A DNA stretch of 36,225 bases from Acidimicrobiia bacterium (lineage in GTDB: Bacteria > Actinomycetota > Acidimicrobiia > Spongiisociales > ZC4RG35): contig JAOUGY010000002.1 in NCBI GenBank assembly GCA_029865445.1, positions 1-36,225 on the forward strand, read 5' to 3'. The position numbers were made by a program, and so were the translations under genes. Numbering within the stretch: position 1 is the stretch's first letter; each line of letters opens with the position of its first letter. The notes beneath the pieces are model-generated. The model was given only the letters and a program-made list of their open reading frames with translations. It ran no database searches and had not been told where the DNA came from. Positions 1-8,128 of this stretch are shown here, one piece after another.

Positions 1-102
1 CGGCGAGCGGCGTCAAGCGGACAGATCTACCCAAAGACACATCGGTCCAGGGGGCTTCGGAGTCACGCCGACACCCCGGGAACCAGCAACCCCATTATCT
101 CT

Positions 103-293
103 GGGGGCTTCTCAACGCGGGAGACGGGCTTCTTGTGGGTCAGGTCTCGTGGGACGGCGCTGTTGCGAGTCTCCCAGCGCCGGCGGGTTTCAGTCGTCCA
201 CCTCGCACGGTGACCTCGCGTTGAGCATTCCCCCTACCTCCCAGCTCCCTTCGGTCGCTGGCAGGAACCTTCCCCCACTTCGTGGGGGACAAC
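103..293 (+). repeat. Copy A (core) of a GC-rich structured repeat family
   Basis: Roughly 85% identical by eye to 16282-16466. Same order of sub-motifs: GGGGCTTCTCAACGCGGGAG ... TTGCGAGTCTCC ... CGCGTTGAGCATTCCCCCTACCT ... CTTCGG ... CCTTCCCCC ... GGGGACAAC. Confidence 0.85.
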
Positions 294-436
294 GTTGCTG
301 TGGTCCCCCGGAGCGGAGCGAGGGGGGAAGGGACCCACAAGCGAAGCGCCGTGGGTAGGGGGACCCTCAACGCGGGAAACGGGTTCCTTGGGTACCACCG
401 TGTCGTGGGATGGTGCCGTTGCGAGTCTCCCAGCGC
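294..436 (+). repeat. Copy B (left arm + 5' half of core, truncated) of the same repeat family
   Basis: 28-nt exact match TCCCCCGGAGCGGAGCGAGGGGGGAAGG (304-331 vs 16226-16253). Then CTCAACGCGGGAAACGGG...TTGCGAGTCTCCCAGCGC. Homology to copies A and C ends near 436. Confidence 0.8.
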
Positions 437-467
437 GCTGCGCATCGCGCACAGCCCGCCGCGTGGC

Positions 468-485
468 CGAGCGAAGCGAGGCCCC
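468..485. repeat. 18-mer CGAGCGAAGCGAGGCCCC abutting the stop of a minus-strand gene
   Basis: Exact second copy at 17463-17480. Both are preceded by GCGTGGC, and both end 0-4 nt from the stop codon of a minus-strand CDS. Confidence 0.7.
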
Positions 486-1315
486 TAGATGATCTCCATG
501 ATGGCGGCGATGTCGTGGGGGCCGAGTCCGGCCGCGTCGGCCTCGAGCATGACCGCAGCGGCCTCCCCGGTCACCCGGCCCGCTGGACGGCGCTCGTCGG
601 CGAGGCGGAGGTCCTTGCTCATGAGCCCGACCGTGAACAGCGGCGTGAAATCGCGGGCCGCCAGCGGACCGGCCTTGTAATCGAGCAGTCTGGGCACCGC
701 CCCCGCTCTCAGCAGTTCTATGCAGGCCTCCACGTCGAGCCCGGCATCCTCCATTGCGAGGATCGCTTCGCCGATTGCCACGAGATGGGTTGTGAGCAGC
801 CGGTTGGTGATGAGCTTCATCTCGAGACCGGCGCCGTTGACGCCGAGGTGGTGGACGGCCGTCGAGAAGGTCGCCAGCAACGGTCGAAGGACCTCCACCG
901 CCGACTCGGCCCCTCCCAGCATGATTGCGAGTGTTCCGGCCTCGGCATGGATCGACGTACCCGACACCGGGGCGTCACAGAAGGCAATCCGGCGGTCGGA
1001 GGCCATCGACGCGACGCGACGCGACCCGTCCACCGAGATAGTCGAGAGATCTGCGCAGACCGTCCCGGCTCCGAGCATCGGAATCAGCGACCCGTACACC
1101 TCCTCGACGTGCTCGGTGTTCGGAAGCGAGGACATCACGACGCTCATTCCGGCGAGGTCTGAAAGGTGCTCAGACACCTCCACACCCGCCTCCGCCGCCC
1201 GTGACCGGGCATCGTCGACGGGGTCGACGCCCACGACGCGGTGACCGGCGTCGTTGAGGTGCCGCGCCATCTGAAAGCCCATCCGCCCCAATCCGACAAA
1301 CCCGATCTCAGCCAC
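485..1315 (-). CDS. NAD(P)-dependent beta-hydroxyacid dehydrogenase (3-hydroxyisobutyrate / tartronate-semialdehyde / sulfolactaldehyde reductase family)
   Basis: 276 aa. N-terminal Rossmann motif IGFVGLGRMG, family-typical length and C-terminal all-helical half. GTG start overlaps the upstream stop by 8 nt. Confidence 0.85.
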   Translation of the reverse strand: MAEIGFVGLGRMGFQMARHLNDAGHRVVGVDPVDDARSRAAEAGVEVSEHLSDLAGMSVVMSSLPNTEHVEEVYGSLIPMLGAGTVCADLSTISVDGSRRVASMASDRRIAFCDAPVSGTSIHAEAGTLAIMLGGAESAVEVLRPLLATFSTAVHHLGVNGAGLEMKLITNRLLTTHLVAIGEAILAMEDAGLDVEACIELLRAGAVPRLLDYKAGPLAARDFTPLFTVGLMSKDLRLADERRPAGRVTGEAAAVMLEADAAGLGPHDIAAIMEII

Positions 1316-2378
1316 GTGACGCTCCTTCGCCTAGTTTGACTCTCTCCCCCGTCCGAACCGACTCCTCGATGGCAAGGGTCACGGCGAGCACCGTCCGCGC
1401 CTCTGCCCCCGTCGTGATGTGGCAGGGGGCCCCGGTCGTGAGGTGTTCGATCCATGCGCGGGTTTCGTCGGCAACCCTTCCGAACATGTTCCCGAGCGCC
1501 CACTCGCCGGACGTGCGACTCCCGAGGTACGCCAGGTCGAGGTGATGATCGGTGGCGTACACGTTGTCGTATCCGTGATCGCTCACCAGCACCTGGTCGC
1601 CGTGGTCTTCGCTGACGATCAAGAACCCTTCATCGCCCAACAGCTCGAAACGGGTCGCCAGTCCGGCGATCGGATAATTGGCGGGAAGCGAGTAGCTCAC
1701 GACGAGATCGAACACCGAGCCGTCGGCGAACGTGAGGATTGCGAACACGAGATCGTCGGCTTCATAGCCTTCGGACCGGAGCAGCGTGCCGTGTCCTTTG
1801 GCGTAGACCTCGACGGGGTGCGATGGGTGGTACCACAACAACACGTCCACGACGTAGGTCAGGATGTCGAGTACCGGTCCCGCGCCGGGCGACCGGGCCA
1901 GGATTGTCCGACCGATGGCGATCGTGTCGTACACCCGCGCCAACCCGCCGACGAGCCGTCCGAGCTTGCCGGCTTCGATCTCGCTCTTGGCCACGGCGTA
2001 CCGCTGGGCATATCTCATCGAGTACCCGACCCGAGGGTCGCCGGCCTCGAGGATCTCGTCTGCTCCGGCCAGGTCGAGCGCGAGCGGCTTCTCCACCAGC
2101 ACCTTCGCACCGGCACGCAAGGCGGCCGTGACCGGTGCGACATGTTCTCCCTCCTGGGTCGACACGATGACCGCGTCCACGTCGCCCGCCACGGACTCGA
2201 GATCGGACGACCAGCCGTCGGCGCCCGACCGTTCAGCGAGGAGTTGGGCCTTGTCCGGGTCGAGGTCGACGATCACCAGTCGCTCAACGCCCGGGTGTCG
2301 CCCGGCGAGTAGGGCGCGGTGCGTGCCGATCTTCCCGGCTCCCACCACGGCGAGTCGAATCGGTGTGCTGCGCGTCAT
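1308..2378 (-). CDS. Gfo/Idh/MocA family oxidoreductase
   Basis: N-terminal IRLAVVGAGKIG Rossmann motif and an EKP motif (LVEKPLA). Start placed at the internal ATG (MTRSTP), which forms an ATGA overlap (2375-2378) with the upstream ATPase stop. Confidence 0.85.
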   Translation of the reverse strand: MTRSTPIRLAVVGAGKIGTHRALLAGRHPGVERLVIVDLDPDKAQLLAERSGADGWSSDLESVAGDVDAVIVSTQEGEHVAPVTAALRAGAKVLVEKPLALDLAGADEILEAGDPRVGYSMRYAQRYAVAKSEIEAGKLGRLVGGLARVYDTIAIGRTILARSPGAGPVLDILTYVVDVLLWYHPSHPVEVYAKGHGTLLRSEGYEADDLVFAILTFADGSVFDLVVSYSLPANYPIAGLATRFELLGDEGFLIVSEDHGDQVLVSDHGYDNVYATDHHLDLAYLGSRTSGEWALGNMFGRVADETRAWIEHLTTGAPCHITTGAEARTVLAVTLAIEESVRTGERVKLGEGASRG

Positions 2379-3130
2379 TTCGCAGACCGTTCGAGGGCGT
2401 CCCATGTCTGAATGACCGCCGATCGGATGCCGGGATGCGTCGATGAAAGCGAGTACCGGGGACGTTCTGCGTCCACTTCGATGGTTTCGACGAGCGGCCC
2501 GGGGATCGCGGACATCACGGACACCCGGTCCGAGAGCATGACGGCTTCTTCAATGTCATGGGTCACGAGAATCGCCGTCCTTCCATCTGCCATCCACAAC
2601 CGTTCGAGTTGCTCATGGATCCTCCTTCTCGATATGGCATCGAGAGCCGCAAAAGGCTCGTCGAGCAACAACACGTCTGCCTCGTGCGCGAGTGCACGGC
2701 CCAATCCAGCCCGTGACTGCTGACCTCGCGACAGTTGATCGGGTCGGCGCCTGCCGAGCCCGGCCAAGCCCACGAGGCTCGTGTAGAAATCGCGCACTCG
2801 TTCTTTCATCCCCGGTGGACGATCGGCGAATTCCACGCCGGTCCCCACGTTCCGCTCCACGGTCCACCACGGCAAGAGCCGAGGAGTCTGGAACACCATC
2901 GCTGCCGGATGCTGAAACCGACGGTCGCCGACGAACCGGATCGAGCCCTCGTCCGGTCGGTTCAGCCCGCACACAAGACGGAGCAGCGTGCTCTTCCCGC
3001 AACCGTTGGGTCCGACGACCGCGTGAAACGAGCCGGACGGCACGGTGAGGCTCACCGAGGCGAGAGCCCGATGGGGCCGCTCGGCACCGTCGTTGTATAC
3101 GAACCCAACGTTGTCGATCTCGACGCGCAA
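2375..3130 (-). CDS. ABC transporter ATP-binding protein (NitT/TauT-like)
   Basis: Walker A GPNGCGKST, signature LSRGQQSR, Walker B LLLDEPF. TTG start. Confidence 0.9.
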   Translation of the reverse strand: MRVEIDNVGFVYNDGAERPHRALASVSLTVPSGSFHAVVGPNGCGKSTLLRLVCGLNRPDEGSIRFVGDRRFQHPAAMVFQTPRLLPWWTVERNVGTGVEFADRPPGMKERVRDFYTSLVGLAGLGRRRPDQLSRGQQSRAGLGRALAHEADVLLLDEPFAALDAISRRRIHEQLERLWMADGRTAILVTHDIEEAVMLSDRVSVMSAIPGPLVETIEVDAERPRYSLSSTHPGIRSAVIQTWDALERSAK

Positions 3131-3187
3131 AAAGGATGACCTCTATCCATCTCACAATCGTTTGCAGAAACTCTGCGAATCCAGTGC

Positions 3188-3213
3188 ATGGTATCGATTA
3201 TTTGATATACCAT
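3188..3213. promoter_or_regulatory. Candidate operator palindrome ATGGTAT-N12-ATACCAT in the divergent AT-rich control region
   Basis: 7-bp perfect inverted arms (3188-3194 / 3207-3213). They lie in the only AT-rich stretch between the divergent ATPase operon and the binding-protein operon. Confidence 0.4.
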
Positions 3214-3272
3214 TGCCGGGAGGCGCCTCGTTTTTTCGGGGCGAACGAGAGAGACCGAACGGGAGGTCGAGC

Positions 3273-4355
3273 TTGCAGAAGAAGACGAACTGGCGCTGGC
3301 TGGCGGTCATCGCCACCCTGGCGATGATCATCGCGGCATGCGGAAGCGGCGACGACACGGCATCGGAAGGCGACGCCGGTGGCGAAAGCGGCGATCGGAA
3401 CCCCTCCGTGATCCGCTTCATCTTCGCCCCGGACCCCGCCTGGGACTATCTCGCCGACACAGGTGAGCTCGACCTGTGGGAAGAGGAGAACAACATCCTC
3501 ATCGACACCAGCTCGACGTGGGACGAGTTCACAGGCTTCGCCGGCGGGCACGCCGACATCGTGTCGATGGGTACCCAGGAAATCCCGGTGCTCGAGGCGG
3601 AGACCGGCATCAAGACCGTGACGTTCGGCCGGTACAACTATCAGCGGTCGCCGATGATGACCCGGGCCGACTCCGGCTACAACCAGCTCACCGACATACC
3701 CGCAGGTTCCAACATCTGCGTGTCGAGCCCCGTTTCGAACACGCAGTTCTGGTCGGTGGCGATGATGCAGCTCCACGGCATCGACTATCGAGTGGGCGGC
3801 GGTGACTACAACCTCATCGTGAACGACCACTTCGTCAACCCACAGAACCTGCTCAACGGCGACTGCGAGGCGGCGGTCATCATTCCGGAGGCCGCGGCAC
3901 CGTATCTGCGGACCGGCGAGCTCGTGTTGATGTACGACGGCAAGCTGCCGTTCCAGCTGTACAACGACTTCTCGGGCTTCGACGACGGCAACTTCCACGT
4001 GATGTCGAACCTGTTCACAGCCACCGAGGAGTATTACGACGGTCACCCCGACGAGATCAAGGCCTTCCTCGCGCTGTGGCAGAAGGGTGTCGACCTCTGG
4101 AATGCCAACCAGGAGGAGATCATCCGTACCTACCCGCAGCACTTCGCCGTAGAGTCGGACGAAGACGTGGAATGGATGATCGAGTTCATGAACGACCCGG
4201 CCCGCGACTGGTTCGTCGAGTCGGTCTACCTCGACGAGGCGTGGATTGAGGCGGAACGGAAGATCTGGGACTTCATGACCGAACTCAACCCCGAGAACGA
4301 CAACTACCTGGAGCCCGGCTTCGACCAGCCACGGTTCGAGATCGTCGCCCCGTAA
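3273..4355 (+). CDS. ABC transporter substrate-binding lipoprotein (NitT/TauT / NMT1-like)
   Basis: TTG start 7 nt after GGGAGG (3261-3266). Signal peptide plus lipobox (LAMIIAAC-GSG). Position directly upstream of two permeases and an ATPase. Family assignment rests mostly on context. Confidence 0.7.
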   Translation: MQKKTNWRWLAVIATLAMIIAACGSGDDTASEGDAGGESGDRNPSVIRFIFAPDPAWDYLADTGELDLWEEENNILIDTSSTWDEFTGFAGGHADIVSMGTQEIPVLEAETGIKTVTFGRYNYQRSPMMTRADSGYNQLTDIPAGSNICVSSPVSNTQFWSVAMMQLHGIDYRVGGGDYNLIVNDHFVNPQNLLNGDCEAAVIIPEAAAPYLRTGELVLMYDGKLPFQLYNDFSGFDDGNFHVMSNLFTATEEYYDGHPDEIKAFLALWQKGVDLWNANQEEIIRTYPQHFAVESDEDVEWMIEFMNDPARDWFVESVYLDEAWIEAERKIWDFMTELNPENDNYLEPGFDQPRFEIVAP

Positions 4356-4380
4356 ACGGCACGTCGCTCTATCTGCTGAC

Positions 4381-4414
4381 GGCGGTGCGCCGGGCGCATG
4401 CCCGGCGCACCGCC
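4381..4414 (+). promoter_or_regulatory. Intercistronic stem-loop (15-bp perfect stem, GCAT loop)
   Basis: GGCGGTGCGCCGGGC-GCAT-GCCCGGCGCACCGCC. It starts 26 nt after the binding-protein stop and lies upstream of the permease SD. Confidence 0.8.
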
Positions 4415-4441
4415 ACGACCATCCGGGAGGTTTCCGACATC

Positions 4442-5302
4442 GTGGTCACGACTGACGAAAGACCTGAGGGCAGGCAACGCAGCGCCGAGGAAGAACGGCT
4501 GCTCGCCCAACGGCGCCGCGACACACGCAACAAATGGCTGTGGAGAATCGCCGGCTACGTGGTGGTCCTTCTGATCTGGGAGTACGGCTTCCAGGCGATC
4601 ATGGAGCTGATCGCCGGCCGCTCCCTCAACGATGCTCTGCTCCCCGGCCCGATTCGCATCCTCCAGACGATCCCGGACATTTGGGAAGACGGAGAGATGC
4701 TCTCGAACTTCGGCGCGACCCTGACCCGCATCGGCATCGGGTTCGGCGTTTCGTTCATCGCCGGAGCCCTCATCGGGCTCTTCACCCAGAACAAGTGGCT
4801 CGACAGCTTCTTCCGCGATCTGGTGGTCGTGAGTCTGACGTCGCCCGGGCTCGTCTGGGCGCTCACGGGCCTCATCATCTGGGGCTTCAAGCCGCTCGGA
4901 TGGATCTTCGCCATCTTCATGACGACCTTCGCTCTGGTATCCGTGAACATCTCCGAGGGCGTGCGTGCCCTACCCAAAGACCTGCTCGACATGGCAAAGG
5001 CATTCGGCGTCAGCTCGATCGACCGCCAACGCCACATCGTGATCCCCCACCTGGCGCCCTACATCTTCACCGCCGTCCGTTTCGGGTTCTCCATCGCCTG
5101 GAAGGTCACGGTGCTCACCGAGGTGTTCTCTTCCAACAAGGGCATCGGTTTCCAGATGCGGGTCACATCGCAGGTGTTCCAGCTCGATGAGTTCTTCACA
5201 TGGGTGTTGTCGTTCTTCGTGTTCGCACTCTTCCTCGAGAAGGTGGTCTTGCAGCGAGCCGAGGACCGCTACTTCAGATGGCGTCAGGAGGTGGCGACAT
5301 GA
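4442..5302 (+). CDS. ABC transporter permease (NitT/TauT-like)
   Basis: Multi-pass hydrophobic protein next to the binding protein. Start set at GTG 4442, after GGGAGG (4425-4430) and downstream of the hairpin. The longest ORF begins at GTG 4385, inside the hairpin. Confidence 0.8.
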   Translation: MVTTDERPEGRQRSAEEERLLAQRRRDTRNKWLWRIAGYVVVLLIWEYGFQAIMELIAGRSLNDALLPGPIRILQTIPDIWEDGEMLSNFGATLTRIGIGFGVSFIAGALIGLFTQNKWLDSFFRDLVVVSLTSPGLVWALTGLIIWGFKPLGWIFAIFMTTFALVSVNISEGVRALPKDLLDMAKAFGVSSIDRQRHIVIPHLAPYIFTAVRFGFSIAWKVTVLTEVFSSNKGIGFQMRVTSQVFQLDEFFTWVLSFFVFALFLEKVVLQRAEDRYFRWRQEVAT

Positions 5303-6219
5303 CGGCGGCAGCAATGGACAGTCGACCCCGGGTCCCGTTCTATCGCCGACCGGTGGCGGCTCGGATCCTCATGCCGATCGCCGTCATCGTCGTGTGGTAC
5401 CTCGTGTACTGGACGCTCGGGTCCCGTATCTTCGAACCACCTCATCGAGTGTTCGAGTTCATGTGGAACGAGCTCACCCTCGAAACACGGCTTCGAAACG
5501 GGAAGGGCCCGTCGAACCTGTACCAGATGTTCGGACTGACCGTGGTTCGACTGTTCGCCGGCTTCGCCATCGCCATGGTGGTCGGCACCGTGATAGGACT
5601 GGCGATGGGCCTGTCCAAGTCTGTCAACGCCTTCTTCCATGACTGGGTGATGGCGGTTCTGGCCATGCCGGCCCTGGTCTGGGCCTTGTTCTTGGGATTG
5701 GTGTTCGGGCCGCAGGGAAATCAGGCACCCATCTACGCGTGCATCCTCGCCGGTATCCCATTCGTGATCATCAACGTGCGAGAGGGTGTTCGCAACACCC
5801 CGAAAGAGCTGTTCGACATGGCCCGCGCTTTCGGAGTGCCCCAGAACAAAATCACCCGGAACGTGCTGCTTCCGTCTCTGATGCCATTCCTGTTTGCCGC
5901 GGTGCGATACGCATTCTCGGTTGGCTGGAAGGGCCTCGTCATCGCCGAGGTCTTCGCGTCGGACAGCGGCATGGGGTGGGCGATCAAGTTCTGGTACGAC
6001 GCCCACCAGACGCGTGGCGTGATCGGGTACGCGTTGTTCTTCGTGGCGTTTGCCCTCGCACTGGAGAAGCTCCTCTTCGAGCCGCTCGCCGAGAAGGCCT
6101 TCAAGTGGCGCCCGCGGGTCGGAGACGTCGGCGTGGTCGAAGAGCAGTTCCTCCTCGACCAGACCGTTGAGGGCGCCTTGGAGGTCGAACAATTCACGGG
6201 AGGAGAATCAGATGGCTGA
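5299..6219 (+). CDS. ABC transporter permease (second subunit)
   Basis: Paralogous to the preceding permease. ATGA overlap at 5299-5302. Confidence 0.85.
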   Translation: MTAAAMDSRPRVPFYRRPVAARILMPIAVIVVWYLVYWTLGSRIFEPPHRVFEFMWNELTLETRLRNGKGPSNLYQMFGLTVVRLFAGFAIAMVVGTVIGLAMGLSKSVNAFFHDWVMAVLAMPALVWALFLGLVFGPQGNQAPIYACILAGIPFVIINVREGVRNTPKELFDMARAFGVPQNKITRNVLLPSLMPFLFAAVRYAFSVGWKGLVIAEVFASDSGMGWAIKFWYDAHQTRGVIGYALFFVAFALALEKLLFEPLAEKAFKWRPRVGDVGVVEEQFLLDQTVEGALEVEQFTGGESDG

Positions 6220-6952
6220 GATCAAGGTCAAGAACCTGCACAAGGAGTTCGGGGTCGGAGACGACAGGGTCGTCGCCCTCGAAAACGTCAACCTCGACAT
6301 CGAGGGTCACGTGTTCGTGTCGATCGTTGGGCCATCCGGCTGTGGCAAGTCGACACTGCTCAACATCCTCAGTGGTATCGAAACCGCCAGTTCCGGAACG
6401 GTCGACATCACCCAGGACTCCCACGACGCCAATCCCGGCTACGTGTTCCAGGCCGCCCGCCTTCTCCCCTGGCGCTCGGTCATGGAGAACCTCATGTTCG
6501 TCCAGAAGGAGCGCGATGACGAAGCTCGCGCCCGATGCCAGAGATATCTCGACATGGTTCAGCTCGGGGACAAGGGTGACAAGTTCCCTGGCGAGCTGTC
6601 CGGAGGCATGCAGCAACGGGTCGGGATCGCCCGGGCGTTCTCGATCGAACCGGACGTTCTCTTCATGGACGAACCGTTCAGCCATCTGGACGCCATCACC
6701 GCCAGGTCGCTGAGGCGAGAGCTCCATGAGATGTGGAAGCAGACGAAGAAGACGGTGCTGTTCGTCACCCACGACGTCGGCGAGGCGGTCGAACTGTCGA
6801 ACAGGATCCTCGTGTTCGCCAAGGGTGGGAAACTCGAAGACGACATCACCGTCGACCTACCGTTCCCCCGCGACCCTTCGGACGACGCAGTCGCCGTCGC
6901 CAAGGCCCAGGTGCTCCGCAAGTTCGAAGAGCTCGACTTGCTCGCCACCTGA
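6212..6952 (+). CDS. ABC transporter ATP-binding protein
   Basis: Walker A GPSGCGKST, signature LSGGMQQR, Walker B LFMDEPF. SD GGGAGGAG lies upstream of ATG 6212. Confidence 0.9.
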   Translation: MAEIKVKNLHKEFGVGDDRVVALENVNLDIEGHVFVSIVGPSGCGKSTLLNILSGIETASSGTVDITQDSHDANPGYVFQAARLLPWRSVMENLMFVQKERDDEARARCQRYLDMVQLGDKGDKFPGELSGGMQQRVGIARAFSIEPDVLFMDEPFSHLDAITARSLRRELHEMWKQTKKTVLFVTHDVGEAVELSNRILVFAKGGKLEDDITVDLPFPRDPSDDAVAVAKAQVLRKFEELDLLAT

Positions 6953-6968
6953 TATCAAGCCCTCCCGA

Positions 6969-7005
6969 CGAATGAGGGACCGCGAGTTGGTCGGTCCCTC
7001 ATTCG
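6969..7005. terminator. Bidirectional terminator-like hairpin between convergent genes
   Basis: 14-bp perfect stem CGAATGAGGGACCG / CGGTCCCTCATTCG with a 9-nt loop. There is no U-tract. Confidence 0.55.
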
Positions 7006-7058
7006 CGCCCACAACTCCTCCAGGACACGGCAAGCCGGCTAGAGCACGGCGAGTTCGC

Positions 7059-7628
7059 CTACGAAGGTGATTGAACACCCAACGCCGTTCGGAGACCGCG
7101 GACCCGCTGCGAATGGTCGGTGTGAGACACCGGCGGCAAGGTCTCGTGGTTGTCCACCCGGAGGACCACAAAGTGAGGACCGGGTTCTGAGAGAAGTCGA
7201 GGGAGTTCCGGACCAAATCGAGCCAGGTCGTCGTATTGCTCGACCTTCGCAATACCGGCGGCGCGGGCGAGCCCCGCAAAGTCCACGCCCGGCGGCAGCA
7301 GCTGGCCTCCTACCATCTCGTAGCTCCGGTTCTCCAGCAGGAACACGAGCAGGTTGGGCGGCGCGTAGCTCCCCATCGTGACGAGCGAGCCCAGGCTCAT
7401 GAGCAGCCCACCGTCGCCCTTCCACACGATCACCTTCCGCTCCGGCCGGGCCAAGGCCACACCCAACGCGAAGTCGGATGCATGGCCCATCCCGAATGCG
7501 AGAAAGTCGAAGTCCAGAGGGTGATCGGACACGAGTGGCCACTGCAGGGTCGCCGTCATGGTCATCACGACCACCTCGTCGGTGCGGTGCTGGGCCACCA
7601 TGCGGAAAAGATCAATCCGTTCGATCAC
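7059..7628 (-). CDS. TPP-dependent decarboxylase, beta subunit (sulfopyruvate / phosphonopyruvate decarboxylase family, ComE-like)
   Basis: TPP-binding GDGG motif (WKGDGGLLMSLGSL) and a small size typical of a split enzyme. Start set at the GTGA overlap (7625-7628). An alternative GTG start is at 7649. Confidence 0.7.
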   Translation of the reverse strand: MIERIDLFRMVAQHRTDEVVVMTMTATLQWPLVSDHPLDFDFLAFGMGHASDFALGVALARPERKVIVWKGDGGLLMSLGSLVTMGSYAPPNLLVFLLENRSYEMVGGQLLPPGVDFAGLARAAGIAKVEQYDDLARFGPELPRLLSEPGPHFVVLRVDNHETLPPVSHTDHSQRVRGLRTALGVQSPS

Positions 7629-8128
7629 GGACCGAACCCCCGAGCGCACAAGACGGCCGCCGGTTTCGAGGAAGAGGCAGCCATCTCATCCATCCGGTCG
7701 ATCGCTTCGAGGTCGGCATCACCTTCGATGATCTCGTAAGGAACACCCCAGGCGGTCAACACCGGCTCTGTGTAGGTGTAGGCCGAGTCGATGGGCACTC
7801 TCCTTGCCTCCGCACCGACGAACCCCCGCCAGCCAACCATCAGTCGGAGGGGAATGGACGGTCCCAGGCCGCATCCCCGTAATGCGTCACCCGCTTCCAT
7901 CAAACCGGTGTTCTGGATGATCACGATGGGTTTGGCGCCACCCGTCCACAGTCCGGCCGCGATGGCGATCGACTCCCCCTCCCTCGTGGGGACGATGAGC
8001 TCGATGTCGGAGTCGTTCTCTATGGCCGCGTGCAGCTGACGGCTCTCGGAGTCGGGGATCGACAGCGCGTGTGTGAAACCGAGCGCCTTGAGCCTGCCCA
8101 GGGTCGACGCCGCGCTTGGACCTTCCAT
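7625..8128 (-). CDS. TPP-dependent decarboxylase, alpha subunit (ComD-like pyrimidine-binding domain)
   Basis: IPDS...REGESIAIAAGLWTGG...IQNTGL motifs of the N-terminal TPP domain. TGATG stop/start overlap with the upstream gene at 8126-8130. Confidence 0.7.
   Translation of the reverse strand: MEGPSAASTLGRLKALGFTHALSIPDSESRQLHAAIENDSDIELIVPTREGESIAIAAGLWTGGAKPIVIIQNTGLMEAGDALRGCGLGPSIPLRLMVGWRGFVGAEARRVPIDSAYTYTEPVLTAWGVPYEIIEGDADLEAIDRMDEMAASSSKPAAVLCARGFGP

Noticed and set aside
140-1162. Small ORFs across the left-edge repeats (140-445 -, 149-358 +, 282-488 +, 410-1162 +)
   Set aside because: They lie inside hairpin-rich repeats or antisense to the dehydrogenase gene. Their composition is not protein-like, and the same pseudo-peptides recur at 16.2 kb only because the DNA repeat recurs.
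3131-3272. TPP (THI-box) riboswitch upstream of the NMT1/ThiY-like binding-protein gene
   Set aside because: No CTGAGA or ACCTGATCTGGATAATGCCAGCG-like conserved core is visible in the leader.
7059-8128. Phosphonopyruvate decarboxylase (phosphonate biosynthesis) as the identity of the split TPP enzyme
   Set aside because: No PEP mutase or other phosphonate genes are nearby. The upstream partner is an Ldh_2/ComC-like dehydrogenase, which fits sulfopyruvate better. This is not fully excluded without phylogeny.
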